DNA of 64,000 nucleotides from Thermoanaerobaculia bacterium (lineage in GTDB: Bacteria > Acidobacteriota > Thermoanaerobaculia > UBA5066). The DNA is taken from the NCBI GenBank assembly GCA_963816185.1, contig CAWFJJ010000005.1:251787-315786 (forward strand), written 5' to 3'. Numbering within the stretch: the first letter of the stretch is position 1; every line of letters starts with the position of its first letter. The translations under genes and the position numbers were made by a program. The notes under the pieces are model-generated. The model did not search any database. It had not been told where the DNA came from and was given only the letters and a program-made list of their open reading frames with translations. This document shows, piece after piece, positions 20,465-30,614 of this stretch.

Positions 20465-21982
20465 ATGTCGTCGCTCTTCCGGCGCAAGCCGCTCGATGCC
20501 CTGATCGCCGAAGGAGGCGACGAAGTCCACGGTCTCAAGAAGACCCTCAACTGGGTCGACCTGATGGCCCTCGGCATCGGCGCGATCATCGGAGCCGGCA
20601 TCTTCGCCACGCTCGGCAGCGCGACGTCCGGCGGCACGGGTGCCCCGCCCGCAGGCCCCGGCGTCACGGTCTCGATCTTCCTCACGGCCGTGGCCTGCGG
20701 CTTCTGCGCGCTGTGTTACGCGGAGTTCGCGAGCCTCGTGCCGGTCGCGGGCTCGGCCTACACGTACAGCTACGCGACGCTGGGTGAGCTCGTGGCGTGG
20801 ATCATCGGGTGGGACCTCATCATCGAGTACGCCGTCGGAAACATCGCCGTCGCGATCTCGTGGGCCGCGTACTTCCGCCAGCTCATGCTCGGCTTCGGGG
20901 TCCAGATCCCCGCGTGGATGGCGACGGACTACCGTTCGACGGTCCTCGCGGCAAAGTCCGCCGCCGAGTCCGGCGTGGCGAGCCTCGGCCCCGAATACGC
21001 GCTCGCCTACGAGGCGCACCTGCACCATCCCGTCCTCGCGGGAATCCCGGTCGTCTGCAATCTCCTGGCGGTCGTCATCACGGCTGCGATCACCTGGATC
21101 CTCGTCATCGGCGTCAAGGAGTCGGCGCGGTTCAACAACGTGATCGTCGTCCTGAAGCTCATGACGCTGCTGTTCTTCATCGTCGTGGGCGCGATGTGGG
21201 TCAAGCCCGCGAACTGGCATCCGTTCTTCCCCGGCGGCCTCCATGGCGTGTGGACCGGAGCCTCCCTCATCTTCTTCGCGTACATCGGCTTCGACGCGAT
21301 CTCGACCGCCGCCGAGGAATGTGAGAACCCCGGCCGCGACATGCCGCGTGGAATTCTCGGTTCGCTCGCGATCTGCACGATCCTCTACCTCGCGGCGGCC
21401 CTCGTTCTGACGGGCATGATCCCGTTCGCGAAGCTGGGGGGCGTCGCCGACCCGCTTGCGGCCGCTCTCACGTACGTCAACCAGGGGTGGGCCGCGGGCA
21501 TCCTCGCGTTCGGCGCCGTGGTCGCGATGACGTCCGTCCTCCTCGTCTTCCAGCTCGGGCAGCCGCGCATCCTCATGGCGATGTCGCGCGACGGGCTCTT
21601 GGGTCCGTGGTTCGGGAAGATCCACCCGACGTACCGGACGCCGTACGTCACGACGATCCTGACGGGCATCTTCGTCGCGTTCTTCGCGGCCGTCGCGAAC
21701 ATCGACGAAGTCGTTCAGCTCACGAACATCGGGACGCTCTTCGCGTTCGTGCTCGTGTGCATCGGGATCCTCATCCTGCGCGTCCGCGAGCCCGAGCGGC
21801 CGCGGAAGTTCCGCGTCCCGTTCTCGCCCGTGACGCCCGTTCTCGGAATCGCGATGTGCCTCGTCCTGATGGCGGGCCTGCCGATTCTCACATGGATCCG
21901 CTTCGGCGTCTGGCTCGTGATCGGCCTCGCGCTCTACTTCCTTTACGGCTCGCGCCGCAGCCGGCTCGCGGTGAAGACCTGA
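20465..21982 (+). CDS. APC-family amino acid permease
   Basis: 'GIGAIIGAGIF', 'GSAYTY', 'FFAYIGFD'; about 12-13 TM segments. Confidence 0.95.
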   Translation: MSSLFRRKPLDALIAEGGDEVHGLKKTLNWVDLMALGIGAIIGAGIFATLGSATSGGTGAPPAGPGVTVSIFLTAVACGFCALCYAEFASLVPVAGSAYTYSYATLGELVAWIIGWDLIIEYAVGNIAVAISWAAYFRQLMLGFGVQIPAWMATDYRSTVLAAKSAAESGVASLGPEYALAYEAHLHHPVLAGIPVVCNLLAVVITAAITWILVIGVKESARFNNVIVVLKLMTLLFFIVVGAMWVKPANWHPFFPGGLHGVWTGASLIFFAYIGFDAISTAAEECENPGRDMPRGILGSLAICTILYLAAALVLTGMIPFAKLGGVADPLAAALTYVNQGWAAGILAFGAVVAMTSVLLVFQLGQPRILMAMSRDGLLGPWFGKIHPTYRTPYVTTILTGIFVAFFAAVANIDEVVQLTNIGTLFAFVLVCIGILILRVREPERPRKFRVPFSPVTPVLGIAMCLVLMAGLPILTWIRFGVWLVIGLALYFLYGSRRSRLAVKT

Positions 21983-21994
21983 CCAGGAATCAGC

Positions 21995-23071
21995 TCAGCG
22001 GAAGGCGCCCAGGGCGCCCGTCCCCGCGTAGCCCGTCATCTCGACGTACGCGCGGCCGAGCGGCGTACGGGCGCCCGGCACGATCACGTCGCAAGCGCCT
22101 TCCCAGTACGTCACGCGGGTGGACTTTTCCGTCACGAGCTCCTGGTCGGCGAGAACCGGAACGATCTCGACGCTGAGCGAAGCACGCGGCACGCGCAGCG
22201 TCCACCGCGACGGATACGTCCCGCCGGAACCTGGGCTCTTCCAGTGCGCCGTCTCCTCGATTGAGAAGTCCTCCGAGGAGAGAGATTCAGCTCTTCCGTC
22301 CTTCGCCACGAGAGTCCCGGAAGAGAACGGCGAGGCGCTTCCGGCCTTTGCGCGCATCCGGTAAAGCATGAGATCGCGGCCGTCGAGAAGGTGCAGCCCG
22401 AACCAGTCCCAGCCCGCCGTGTCTCTTCCGATCGAGCCCGAGCCCCACTCGTGGTCGAACCATGAAAGGCCGGTCACGGCCTCGCTCTTCCCGCCGTTCG
22501 TCCACCAGCCCTCGGAGCGGAGGCGCGTGAAGCTCACGTAGCGGCTTACGGCGTCGCTTTCCGGTCCTTTGCGCGAAAGGCCACCCGCGCCGTGGACGAC
22601 CGGCGGTTTTTCGGGCGTCAGGATGAGCGAGATCTCCTCGCCGCCGTCCGAGGCGAAAAGCACGAGCCGGTTTCCCACTTCCTCGAGGCGCCAGTCCTCG
22701 TTCGCGACGCAGAGCCGGTCCTCGCGCGCGAAGGCCGCTCCGACGCCGGTGCGGTGGATTCGCTCGGCGAACCGGAACGCCCCCGCCATGACGTCAGTCC
22801 GCGCGAAATGCGCGAGAAAGAGGTCGCGTGCGGCGAAGGCGGACGTTCGCGCGCTCTTCGGCTCGTCGGCAATGCCCGTGCGAAAGAAGGTGAGCTGGTA
22901 GCCGAGCCGCTTTCCGGAGGGCGTGTCGAGCTGGCCCGTGACGTACCACCACTCCACGCGCGCGTCGTCGTGCGACCCGTGATCGCGGGGAAACGAGAGA
23001 TTTTGCTTCGGATCGAGACTCTTGAATCGGCCGGCGAGGAGGAAAAGCAGCGCGAGTGCGAGATTCTTCAT
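21995..23071 (-). CDS. AttH/CrtC-like lipocalin-fold secreted protein
   Basis: 'FPRDHGSH...EWWYVTG', 'WFDHEW', 'GWDWF', 'YWEG', 'YVEMTGY'. Confidence 0.9.
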   Translation of the reverse strand: MKNLALALLFLLAGRFKSLDPKQNLSFPRDHGSHDDARVEWWYVTGQLDTPSGKRLGYQLTFFRTGIADEPKSARTSAFAARDLFLAHFARTDVMAGAFRFAERIHRTGVGAAFAREDRLCVANEDWRLEEVGNRLVLFASDGGEEISLILTPEKPPVVHGAGGLSRKGPESDAVSRYVSFTRLRSEGWWTNGGKSEAVTGLSWFDHEWGSGSIGRDTAGWDWFGLHLLDGRDLMLYRMRAKAGSASPFSSGTLVAKDGRAESLSSEDFSIEETAHWKSPGSGGTYPSRWTLRVPRASLSVEIVPVLADQELVTEKSTRVTYWEGACDVIVPGARTPLGRAYVEMTGYAGTGALGAFR

Positions 23072-25863
23072 CACTCTTCCTTCAGCGCGGCCGCGACGTC
23101 CGTCGCAGCCGCAAGGCTGGCCGGCCGCGAGGCAGCCGCGAGCGTCGCGAGAAGGACGAGGGCGAGCGCCGCCGCGAGGAAGCCCCACGGCGTGTGCATC
23201 GCGATCGTCCAGCCGAATGACTGGCGGTTGATGACGTGGACGAGGACGAGCGACATCGCGCCTCCCGCGAGCGCCCCGAGGCCGGCCCCGAGACCGCCGA
23301 TCGCGGCCGCCTCGTAGCGGACGGCTCTCTTCACCCGGGCTGCCGAGGCCCCGAGGACGCGCAGAAGGCCGATCTCGCGCCGCCTTTCGAGGACGAGCGC
23401 GGTCAGCGTGTTGAAGACGCCGAGCACGGCCACGGCGAGCGCCACGACCTCGAGCGCGTACGTGACGGCGAACGTCCGATCGAAGATCCTGAGGACGATC
23501 TTTCGGAGCGTCGCGTTCGTCCGCACCCGGAGCGCGAACCGTCCGCGCAAGGCCGCCGCCACGCGGCGTGCCCCTTCCTCGGGCGAGACTCCGTCCTTCA
23601 GCGTCACGGCGACGGACGAAGCGCCGGTGAGCGGCCAGAGCCTCTGAAAATGTGCGCGGTCGAGCGTCACCGTGCCGCGATCGTTCGAGTAATCCGTGTA
23701 GACCGCGGCAACGCGCACCCGGACGGGCCCGCGGTCGGTCGGGAGCTCCACGAAATCGCCCGGCTTCACGTGGAATTTCTCGCCGAACGGCTCCGAGATC
23801 ATGGCCTCGTCCTTTCCGAGGGCGTCCGTGAAGACCTTCCTCGTGTCGCGCCCGTCCACGAGCGGCAGGTTCCCGTGCTTCGCGATGAACGCGAAGAGGC
23901 CCGATCCCACGGTGAACGGCACTCCATCTCGCGTGGCGGGGAAGGCGAGGAACGGGTCGACGTCGTCCACGCCCGGCACCGCGCGCACGAGGTCGATCGC
24001 TTCGTCCGGGATCCGGCCGAAGGACGGGCCGGACCTTCCGCTCGCCGGCGACAGGAAGAGATCCGAGGCGAGCGTCTGGCCGATCCACGTCGCGACCGTC
24101 GTGCGGAAGGAGCCGACCATGACGGCGACCGAAACCATCATCGCGAGAGCCATCGTGAGCGCGGCCACGGCCACCGATGTGCGCGAGAGGCTGCCGGTCA
24201 GGTTCGCGCGAGCGAGGCGCGCCTCGACGCCCAAGAGGCGCAGCGCAAACCGGTCGAGGCGCGTGGCCGCGAAAGTCACGGCCGCGGGAGCGAGCAGGGA
24301 GACGCCCGAAGCGATCAGGAAGACCGAGAGGAATCCGAAGAGAGGGAGGCCGTTGACGGGCCCGGACCGCGTCGCGACGAATGCGAGGACGAGCAGGGCC
24401 GTGCCCGCGAGAGCGAGAGGACGTGTCCTTCGACGGCGCACGGCCTCGACCGAGCCGTGACGCATCGTCGCGGCGGGCTCGACGCGCGCGGCCTCGAGGG
24501 CGGGGGCGAGAGCCGACAGGATGGACGAGACGACGCCGACGGAGAACGCGAGGAGCAGCACGCGAGGGTCGAGGTGGAGCACCGGATGCGCCGAGGGAAG
24601 GTAGAGCTCGGTCGCGGTGCCGCCCACGAGGAGGAGCGCGCCCTCCGCAAGCGCGACGCCGAGGGCCACGCCGGCCGCGCTTCCGAGGACGCCGAGCACG
24701 AGCCCCTCGGCGAGGAAGACGGCGAACACGGACCGCTTCGACGCCCCGAGCGCGCGGACGGTGCCGATGTCCGTGCGACGCCGCAAGACCGAGATGGACA
24801 GTGTGTTGTAGACGAAATACATCCCGACGAGGAGGGCGATCAGGCCGAGGGCGGAGAGGTTCACGCGAAACGCGCGGACCAGATGCTCGACGGTCTGCGT
24901 GCGCCGCTCCGGGCGCCCGGCCGTCGTGCCCGGGGGCAGCGACGCGCGGATCTCCTCCTCGAAACGCGCGCGGCCGTCTTCCGGAAGGCCGGGCGGCAGA
25001 ACGACGTCGATGCGGTCGAGGCGGCCGACCTTCCCGAATGCCTCCTGCGCGACCGCGAGGTCCATGAACACGATCGAGCCGGAGGCCGCACGCGCGGCGC
25101 CAAGGGGCCGAAGCACGGCGGCGACGCGGAACGTGCGCTCCACGCCGTTCGTGACGAGGTGCAGCGAACTCCCGGTGTGAAGAGAATTTCTTTCTGCGAA
25201 TACAGAGGTGACCAGGATCGAATTCTTTTCGAAGACGGATAAGAGGTTTGCTTCGGACCCGTTCGCGTCGTGTTTTGCGTCGGCTCCGGGTGAAGGCGTT
25301 TCGCTCGCTTCGCTCGCGTGCTTAGAAGGGGAAATTTCCTCGGGGCGCGCCGAACCAATGCCGCTTTGCCCGGCCGTCCCCGCGCGCTCCTGACCCTTAT
25401 TACCTTCTAAGAAAATCGTAGGCTGCGTTTCACGAGCCCCACTGTAGTTCGCGCGTTCCGGCGAACCGTCCTGCGAGGGAGCAAATCCGTATTCTCTTGC
25501 TGCCGCGTCCGCGAGCGGGTCGATGCCGAGCACCTCGACGACCTCGCCGTCCGCAGCGCCCGCCGCGGCCGTTTCGGTGATCGCGGGCGCGAGCGTCGCC
25601 CCCTCGCGACGGAGCCAGGCGAGGCGCTCCAGCGCGGCCTCGGGAATGCCCGGGCCGTCCGCGAGCACCGTGATCCCGGCCTTTCCGGCGACGAGGTCCA
25701 CGGTGTCGGAGAAAGACGAAAGGACCGAAGCGTTCGCGAGGCGGATCGCGGCGATCGTCGCGACGCCGACGGCGATGCCCGAGACCGTGAGGAGGAAGCG
25801 AAGCCGGTCCCTCGCGGCCGGCCGGAGGACGAGCGGGCCGATCAGCGAAAAGAAACCGATCAT
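23071..25863 (-). CDS. FtsX/MacB-type ABC transporter permease (AttF/G-like) with an in-frame low-complexity insertion
   Basis: Two FtsX halves ('RRTDIGTVRALGAS', 'ERRREIGLLRVLGAS'); atypical segment at ~25190-25490. Confidence 0.92.
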   Translation of the reverse strand: MIGFFSLIGPLVLRPAARDRLRFLLTVSGIAVGVATIAAIRLANASVLSSFSDTVDLVAGKAGITVLADGPGIPEAALERLAWLRREGATLAPAITETAAAGAADGEVVEVLGIDPLADAAAREYGFAPSQDGSPERANYSGARETQPTIFLEGNKGQERAGTAGQSGIGSARPEEISPSKHASEASETPSPGADAKHDANGSEANLLSVFEKNSILVTSVFAERNSLHTGSSLHLVTNGVERTFRVAAVLRPLGAARAASGSIVFMDLAVAQEAFGKVGRLDRIDVVLPPGLPEDGRARFEEEIRASLPPGTTAGRPERRTQTVEHLVRAFRVNLSALGLIALLVGMYFVYNTLSISVLRRRTDIGTVRALGASKRSVFAVFLAEGLVLGVLGSAAGVALGVALAEGALLLVGGTATELYLPSAHPVLHLDPRVLLLAFSVGVVSSILSALAPALEAARVEPAATMRHGSVEAVRRRRTRPLALAGTALLVLAFVATRSGPVNGLPLFGFLSVFLIASGVSLLAPAAVTFAATRLDRFALRLLGVEARLARANLTGSLSRTSVAVAALTMALAMMVSVAVMVGSFRTTVATWIGQTLASDLFLSPASGRSGPSFGRIPDEAIDLVRAVPGVDDVDPFLAFPATRDGVPFTVGSGLFAFIAKHGNLPLVDGRDTRKVFTDALGKDEAMISEPFGEKFHVKPGDFVELPTDRGPVRVRVAAVYTDYSNDRGTVTLDRAHFQRLWPLTGASSVAVTLKDGVSPEEGARRVAAALRGRFALRVRTNATLRKIVLRIFDRTFAVTYALEVVALAVAVLGVFNTLTALVLERRREIGLLRVLGASAARVKRAVRYEAAAIGGLGAGLGALAGGAMSLVLVHVINRQSFGWTIAMHTPWGFLAAALALVLLATLAAASRPASLAAATDVAAALKEE
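25228..25416. repeat. motif cluster A (TTC-N3-GAA family sites)
   Basis: ATTTTCTTAGAAGG on minus (25403-25416), GCTTAGAAGGGG on plus (25320-25331), degenerate GTCTTCGAAAAG on minus (~25225-25236). Confidence 0.6.
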
Positions 25864-26540
25864 GGCTCGAGCCGTCCGTCACGCAGGTGGAGGATGCGCG
25901 AGGCGCGCGCCGCGGCTTCGGCCGAGTGCGTCGCCATGACGACGGTGATGCCGCGCTCCGTCACGAGGGCCGAGACGAGGGCGAGCACCTGCTCGCCCGT
26001 CTTCGAGTCGAGATTGCCGGTCGGCTCGTCGGCGAGGAGGAGCGCGGGCCCGTTCGCGAGCGCACGCGCCACGGCGACGCGCTGCATCTGCCCGCCTGAA
26101 AGCTCGTACGGGTAAGAGCGCGCCTTGTCCGAGAGGCCGACGTCGGAAAGACCTCGCGCCGCGCGCGCATCCGCGTCGGCCGGGGAGACTCCGTCGAGGA
26201 GGAGCGGCAGCGCGACGTTCTCGAGGGCCGTCATCGTGGGCAGGAGGTTGAAGAACTGGAATACCGTGGCCGCGGTTTTCCGTCGGTACGCGTCGCGTTC
26301 GTCCTCGGACAGCGTCGCGAGATCCTTCCCGTCCACGAGGACGCGGCCCGCCGTCGGGCGATCGAGACCGCCGAGGAGATTCAGGAGCGTCGACTTGCCG
26401 CAGCCCGAAGGTCCGAGGAGAGCGGTGAAGGTGCCGGGCTCGAGCGCGAGAGAGACGCCGAGGAGCGCGTCGACCCCGGCGGCCCCGTTTCCGCCGCCGT
26501 ACGACTTCGTCACGGACTCGGCGATCACGCGGGCGCCCAT
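25860..26540 (-). CDS. ABC transporter ATP-binding protein (LolD/MacB-like)
   Basis: GPSGCGKST, LSGGQ, LLADEPTGNLD. Confidence 0.95.
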   Translation of the reverse strand: MGARVIAESVTKSYGGGNGAAGVDALLGVSLALEPGTFTALLGPSGCGKSTLLNLLGGLDRPTAGRVLVDGKDLATLSEDERDAYRRKTAATVFQFFNLLPTMTALENVALPLLLDGVSPADADARAARGLSDVGLSDKARSYPYELSGGQMQRVAVARALANGPALLLADEPTGNLDSKTGEQVLALVSALVTERGITVVMATHSAEAAARASRILHLRDGRLEP

Positions 26541-26584
26541 GAGCCTCATCCTACGTATGATGCCCGCGTCGGGATGGACGCCGC

Positions 26585-27394
26585 GTGCTGAAAAACCTCG
26601 CCGGCCTGTGGCGCCACCGCGCGCTCGCGTACGTCCTCGTCGCCCGCGAGCTGAAGGCCCGCTATCGCGGCAGCGTTCTGGGATTCTTCTGGTCGCTCCT
26701 GAACCCCCTCCTGATGCTCGCGGTCTACGCGATCGTCTTCGCCGTCATCTTCACGGGCCGCGGTCCCGAGACGTCGCCGTACGCGTTGTTCCTCTTCTCC
26801 GGTCTCCTGCCGTGGAACTGGCTCTCGTCGTCGCTGACGGACGCGGCGGCATCGCTGACGACGCACGGGGCGCTCCTCAAGAAGATCCTCTTCCCGGCCG
26901 AGGTGCTGCCGATCGTGGCGGTTCTCGCGCAAGGCCTCCACTTCGTCTTCGCCCTGCCTGTCCTTCTCGCCGGCCTCGTCCTCGGCGCTCTCGGCGTCTT
27001 CGGCCCGTCGATCCCCCTCGGATGGCCGCTCGTGCAGGCCCTCCCGCTCTTCGTTCTCGAAGGGATCTTCGTCGGAGGGGTCGGGCTGCTCCTCGCCGCT
27101 CTCACGGTCCATTTTCGCGACGTGAAGGATCTCCTCGCGACGGCGCTGTCGCTCTGGTTCTTCGCGACGCCCGTCCTGTACAGGCTCGACGACATCAAGC
27201 AGGAGCGCGTGCGCGCGCTCTTGCTCTTCAATCCGGCGGCACCCTTCTTCGATGGGTGGCACGACGCGCTTTTCTACGCACGGTGGATCGAGCCGTCCCG
27301 GTGGGGCCTCCTCCTCGCGATCGCGTGCGCGTCGTTTTTCCTCGGGTATGCGCTCTTCGACCGGCTGCGCGACTCGTATCCGGAGGCGGTGTGA
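26585..27394 (+). CDS. wzm: polysaccharide ABC exporter permease
   Basis: 'ELKARYRGSVLGFFWSLLNPL', 'LLKKILFP', 'FRDV', 'TPVLY', 'NP'. Confidence 0.9.
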   Translation: MLKNLAGLWRHRALAYVLVARELKARYRGSVLGFFWSLLNPLLMLAVYAIVFAVIFTGRGPETSPYALFLFSGLLPWNWLSSSLTDAAASLTTHGALLKKILFPAEVLPIVAVLAQGLHFVFALPVLLAGLVLGALGVFGPSIPLGWPLVQALPLFVLEGIFVGGVGLLLAALTVHFRDVKDLLATALSLWFFATPVLYRLDDIKQERVRALLLFNPAAPFFDGWHDALFYARWIEPSRWGLLLAIACASFFLGYALFDRLRDSYPEAV

Positions 27395-28920
27395 AGCCCG
27401 TCACGCCGGCCGTCACGGCCGAAAGCCTTTCGAAGAGCTATCGAAAATGGGGGCGCACGCGCGCGTTCGGGACGCTCAAGTCGGCGCTTCTCGGGCGCTC
27501 GCTGGCGGCGGCGCTCGCCCCTTCCGAGGTCGTGGCCGCGCTCTCGGACGTGTCTTTCACGGTCGCACGCGGCGAGACCTTCGGCGTCGTGGGGCCGAAC
27601 GGCTGCGGCAAGTCCACGCTCCTGAAGCTCGTCGCCGGCCTCTTCAAGCCCACCTCGGGGCGGATCGCCGTCGATGGGAAGGTCTCGGCGCTCATCGAGC
27701 TCGGCGCGGGCTTCCACCCGGAGATCTCGGGACGCGAGAACGTCGTCATCAACGGCGTCATGCTCGGGCTCTCGCGCAAGGAGATCGAGCGGAAGCTGCC
27801 CGAGATCATCGCGTTCTCGGGCCTCGAAGGCTTCATCGACGAGCCCGTGAAGACGTACTCGTCGGGCATGTACGTGCGCCTCGGCTTCGCGGTGGCCGTG
27901 CACGTGGACCCGGACATCCTCGTCGTGGACGAGGTCCTCGCCGTGGGCGACGAGGCCTTCGCGCACCGCTGTCTCGACACGATCGCGGAGTTCTCGCGGC
28001 GCGGCAAGACGATTTTCTTCGTCTCGCACTCGCTCGTCCTCGTCGAGGATCTGTGCGACCGCGTGCTTTACCTCGAGGGCGGCCGGATCAAGGCGCTCGG
28101 CGATCCCAGAGAGACGCTCGCGAAATACCGCATGAACGTCGCGGCGGGGGAGGGCGCACGTCTCTCGACGGAGCATCGGAAGGATCAGGAGATTCTGCTT
28201 CGGACAAGAGAAGAGAAGATTTTCTCAAAAGGGGAAGAGGGGGCGGCGGCGGGCGGCGAGACGGCGCTGCGCGCCGGGGAAACTGCTGCACGCGGGGATT
28301 CGGCGCATTTCTTAGAAGGGGCAAAAGGCTCAGGGGCTACCGGTGCCGGATCGGCTGTCGAGCGGGCTGACTCTCATACCCCCTTCAAAGAAAATCCACC
28401 CTTGCCCGAAGCGTCTCGAAAGCAGGAAACACAACAGAGCGTGGAGTCACCTCTGGAACAGAAGAATCCTCTTCGCCGATGGGGCAACCGGGACGTGTCG
28501 ATCACGGGCTGCCGCTTGCTCGACGCCTCCGGCGCCGAGCGCTACGCGTTTCGCTCGGGGGAGTCGCTGACGGTCGAGATCTCCGTGGCGCCGCGGGCCT
28601 CCACCGCCGATTTCGTCTTCGGGATCGGGATCTTCACGCTCGAGGACGTGTGTGTGCACGGCAGCAACACGGAGACCGACGGCTTCCTGCCGGAACGCCT
28701 CGACGGCCCGGCGACGGTGCGCGTGACGCTGCCGCGCCTCGACCTCGGGACCGGGACGTATCTCCTGGACGTGGCGGTCCACTCCCGCCGCGAGACGCCT
28801 TACGACTACTGGCGCGGCGCGTGCCGCTTCCAGGTGGATTCGCCCGATCGCGACGCGGGCCTCTATCGCCCGGAACGCCTCTGGACGTTCGCGGGCGCCG
28901 TCTCGGTGAGCGCGCGGTGA
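27391..28920 (+). CDS. wzt: polysaccharide ABC exporter ATPase with Wzt C-terminal domain
   Basis: GPNGCGKST, 'LGAGFHPE', YSSGM, 'DEVLAVGD'; C-terminal Ig-like domain after a long atypical linker. Confidence 0.92.
   Translation: MKPVTPAVTAESLSKSYRKWGRTRAFGTLKSALLGRSLAAALAPSEVVAALSDVSFTVARGETFGVVGPNGCGKSTLLKLVAGLFKPTSGRIAVDGKVSALIELGAGFHPEISGRENVVINGVMLGLSRKEIERKLPEIIAFSGLEGFIDEPVKTYSSGMYVRLGFAVAVHVDPDILVVDEVLAVGDEAFAHRCLDTIAEFSRRGKTIFFVSHSLVLVEDLCDRVLYLEGGRIKALGDPRETLAKYRMNVAAGEGARLSTEHRKDQEILLRTREEKIFSKGEEGAAAGGETALRAGETAARGDSAHFLEGAKGSGATGAGSAVERADSHTPFKENPPLPEASRKQETQQSVESPLEQKNPLRRWGNRDVSITGCRLLDASGAERYAFRSGESLTVEISVAPRASTADFVFGIGIFTLEDVCVHGSNTETDGFLPERLDGPATVRVTLPRLDLGTGTYLLDVAVHSRRETPYDYWRGACRFQVDSPDRDAGLYRPERLWTFAGAVSVSAR
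28219..28395. repeat. motif cluster B (TTC-N3-GAA family sites)
   Basis: ATTTTCTCAAAAGGGG (+, 28219), ATTTCTTAGAAGGGG (+, 28307), ATTTTCTTTGAAGGGG (-, 28380-28395). Confidence 0.7.
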
Positions 28921-30614
28921 TCCGTCCGGAACGCGTCGACCGGACGCTCCTTTCGCTTCTCCTCCTCGCGATCCTGCTGCTCGTCCTCGAGCCCGGCGTG
29001 GTCCCGCTCTTCGAGCCGGACGAAGGCCGGTACGCCGAGATTCCGCGCGAAATGCTCGCCTCTCACGACTTCCTGACTCCGCGCCTGAACGGCGTTCTTT
29101 ACTTCGAGAAACCGCCGCTCTACTACTGGACGGTCGCCGCGTCGATGGCGCTCCTCGGGCCGACGGAGCTCGCGGTGCGCCTCCCGGGGAAGCTCGCCGC
29201 GGTGTCGATGGTCCTCCTCGCGGTGGCATTCGCTCGGCGGCGTTGGGGAGCCCGTACGGGGCTTCTCGCCGGGTTGATCCTTTCGACGTCGATTCTCCTC
29301 GTCGCACTCGCGCGGATCGCGCTGATCGATCCGATGCTCTCGGCTGCGCTCACCGCGGCGACGTTCGCCTTCGTTTCGTTCGCGGAGAGTGACGCCGCGG
29401 GAGATGGCCGTCGCGGCCGGCGCGCTCTTTACGCCTTTTACGCCGCATGCGCGGCGGCCGTACTCCTCAAGGGTCTCGTCGGCATCGTCCTGCCGGGAGG
29501 CGCAATCGTCGTCTGGACGCTCGTCACGGGCCGGTGGGGGACGCTGGCCAGAATCTTTTCGGCAGGACCGATCCTTCTGTTCTGCGTCCTCGCGATTCCC
29601 TGGCACGTCGCGATGGCTCTCCGTCATCCCGACTTCCTCCAGTTCTACTTCGTGCACGAGCACTTCCAGCGTTTCACGACGATGGAGTCCCGGCGTCCGG
29701 GGCCCCCCGGCTACTTCATTCCCGTCCTCCTCGCGGGTTTCCTGCCGTGGACCGGCTTTTTCGGGCGATTTCGGGAGGTGTGGCCGGGCTTTTCACGCGG
29801 CCGGTGGCGTGGCCGCGGGACAGAAGCGTTCCTCTGGATCTGGGCCTTTCTCGTCTTCGCTTTCTTCTCAGTCTCGAAGTCGAAGCTCATCCCGTACGTC
29901 CTCCCGATATGGCCCGCGCTCTCGGTGCTCCTCGCTCTCGGCATCGAGCGAGCCCGTCAGCGCGGCGCGGAGTTCCGAGCGGACCGGCGCCTCTCTGCGG
30001 CGTTCTTCGGACTCCTCTTCGCCGCGGCGGCGGCATACGGCTGGGGCGCGGGATATCTCGAGCGCTTCGGGGGCGCGCGCACGGGCCTCTTCGCGCTCCT
30101 GGCCCTCCTCGGCGGATTCGTCCTCAACGTGTCGCCTCGACTCTTCCACCCGCGGCGGGGCGGTGATCCGGCGCTGGCCGTGGCCGCGCCGTGGCTCACG
30201 TTCGTGGCGGGGCTTCTCATCGTGCTTCCCGGCGTGGCCCGTGAGATCACGCCGTGGCCGATCGCGTCGCGGACCCTCGAGATTCTGGAGCCGGACGACC
30301 TTCTCCTGCAGAAGGGGCACTACCTCGAGGTGCTTCCGTTCTACGTCAGGCGCCTCACGCCGGTGGCTTCGCTCGGCTGGAGCGAGCTCGACTTCGGCCG
30401 TTCTCATCCCGGAACCGAAACGCTCTTTCCGTCCGACGAAGCGTTCGCGGCGGACTGGAACGGGAGCCGGCGAATGCTCGTCGTCGTGCACCGGGATCAG
30501 CTCGGCGCGTTCGGTCGGTCGCCGTTGTCGGCAACTCCCGCGACGTTCCTCGCCAGGGAAACTAGCGGAAAGCATCTGCTGCTCTCGAATCGGCGGATAG
30601 GATCGGATCCATGA
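28917..30614 (+). CDS. arnT: ArnT-like lipid A 4-amino-4-deoxy-L-arabinose transferase (GT83)
   Basis: 'PDEGRYAEIPREM', 'YFEKPPL', 'KG', 'EHFQRF', 'SKSKLIPY'; in an operon with arnC/A/D. Confidence 0.85.
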   Translation: MIRPERVDRTLLSLLLLAILLLVLEPGVVPLFEPDEGRYAEIPREMLASHDFLTPRLNGVLYFEKPPLYYWTVAASMALLGPTELAVRLPGKLAAVSMVLLAVAFARRRWGARTGLLAGLILSTSILLVALARIALIDPMLSAALTAATFAFVSFAESDAAGDGRRGRRALYAFYAACAAAVLLKGLVGIVLPGGAIVVWTLVTGRWGTLARIFSAGPILLFCVLAIPWHVAMALRHPDFLQFYFVHEHFQRFTTMESRRPGPPGYFIPVLLAGFLPWTGFFGRFREVWPGFSRGRWRGRGTEAFLWIWAFLVFAFFSVSKSKLIPYVLPIWPALSVLLALGIERARQRGAEFRADRRLSAAFFGLLFAAAAAYGWGAGYLERFGGARTGLFALLALLGGFVLNVSPRLFHPRRGGDPALAVAAPWLTFVAGLLIVLPGVAREITPWPIASRTLEILEPDDLLLQKGHYLEVLPFYVRRLTPVASLGWSELDFGRSHPGTETLFPSDEAFAADWNGSRRMLVVVHRDQLGAFGRSPLSATPATFLARETSGKHLLLSNRRIGSDP

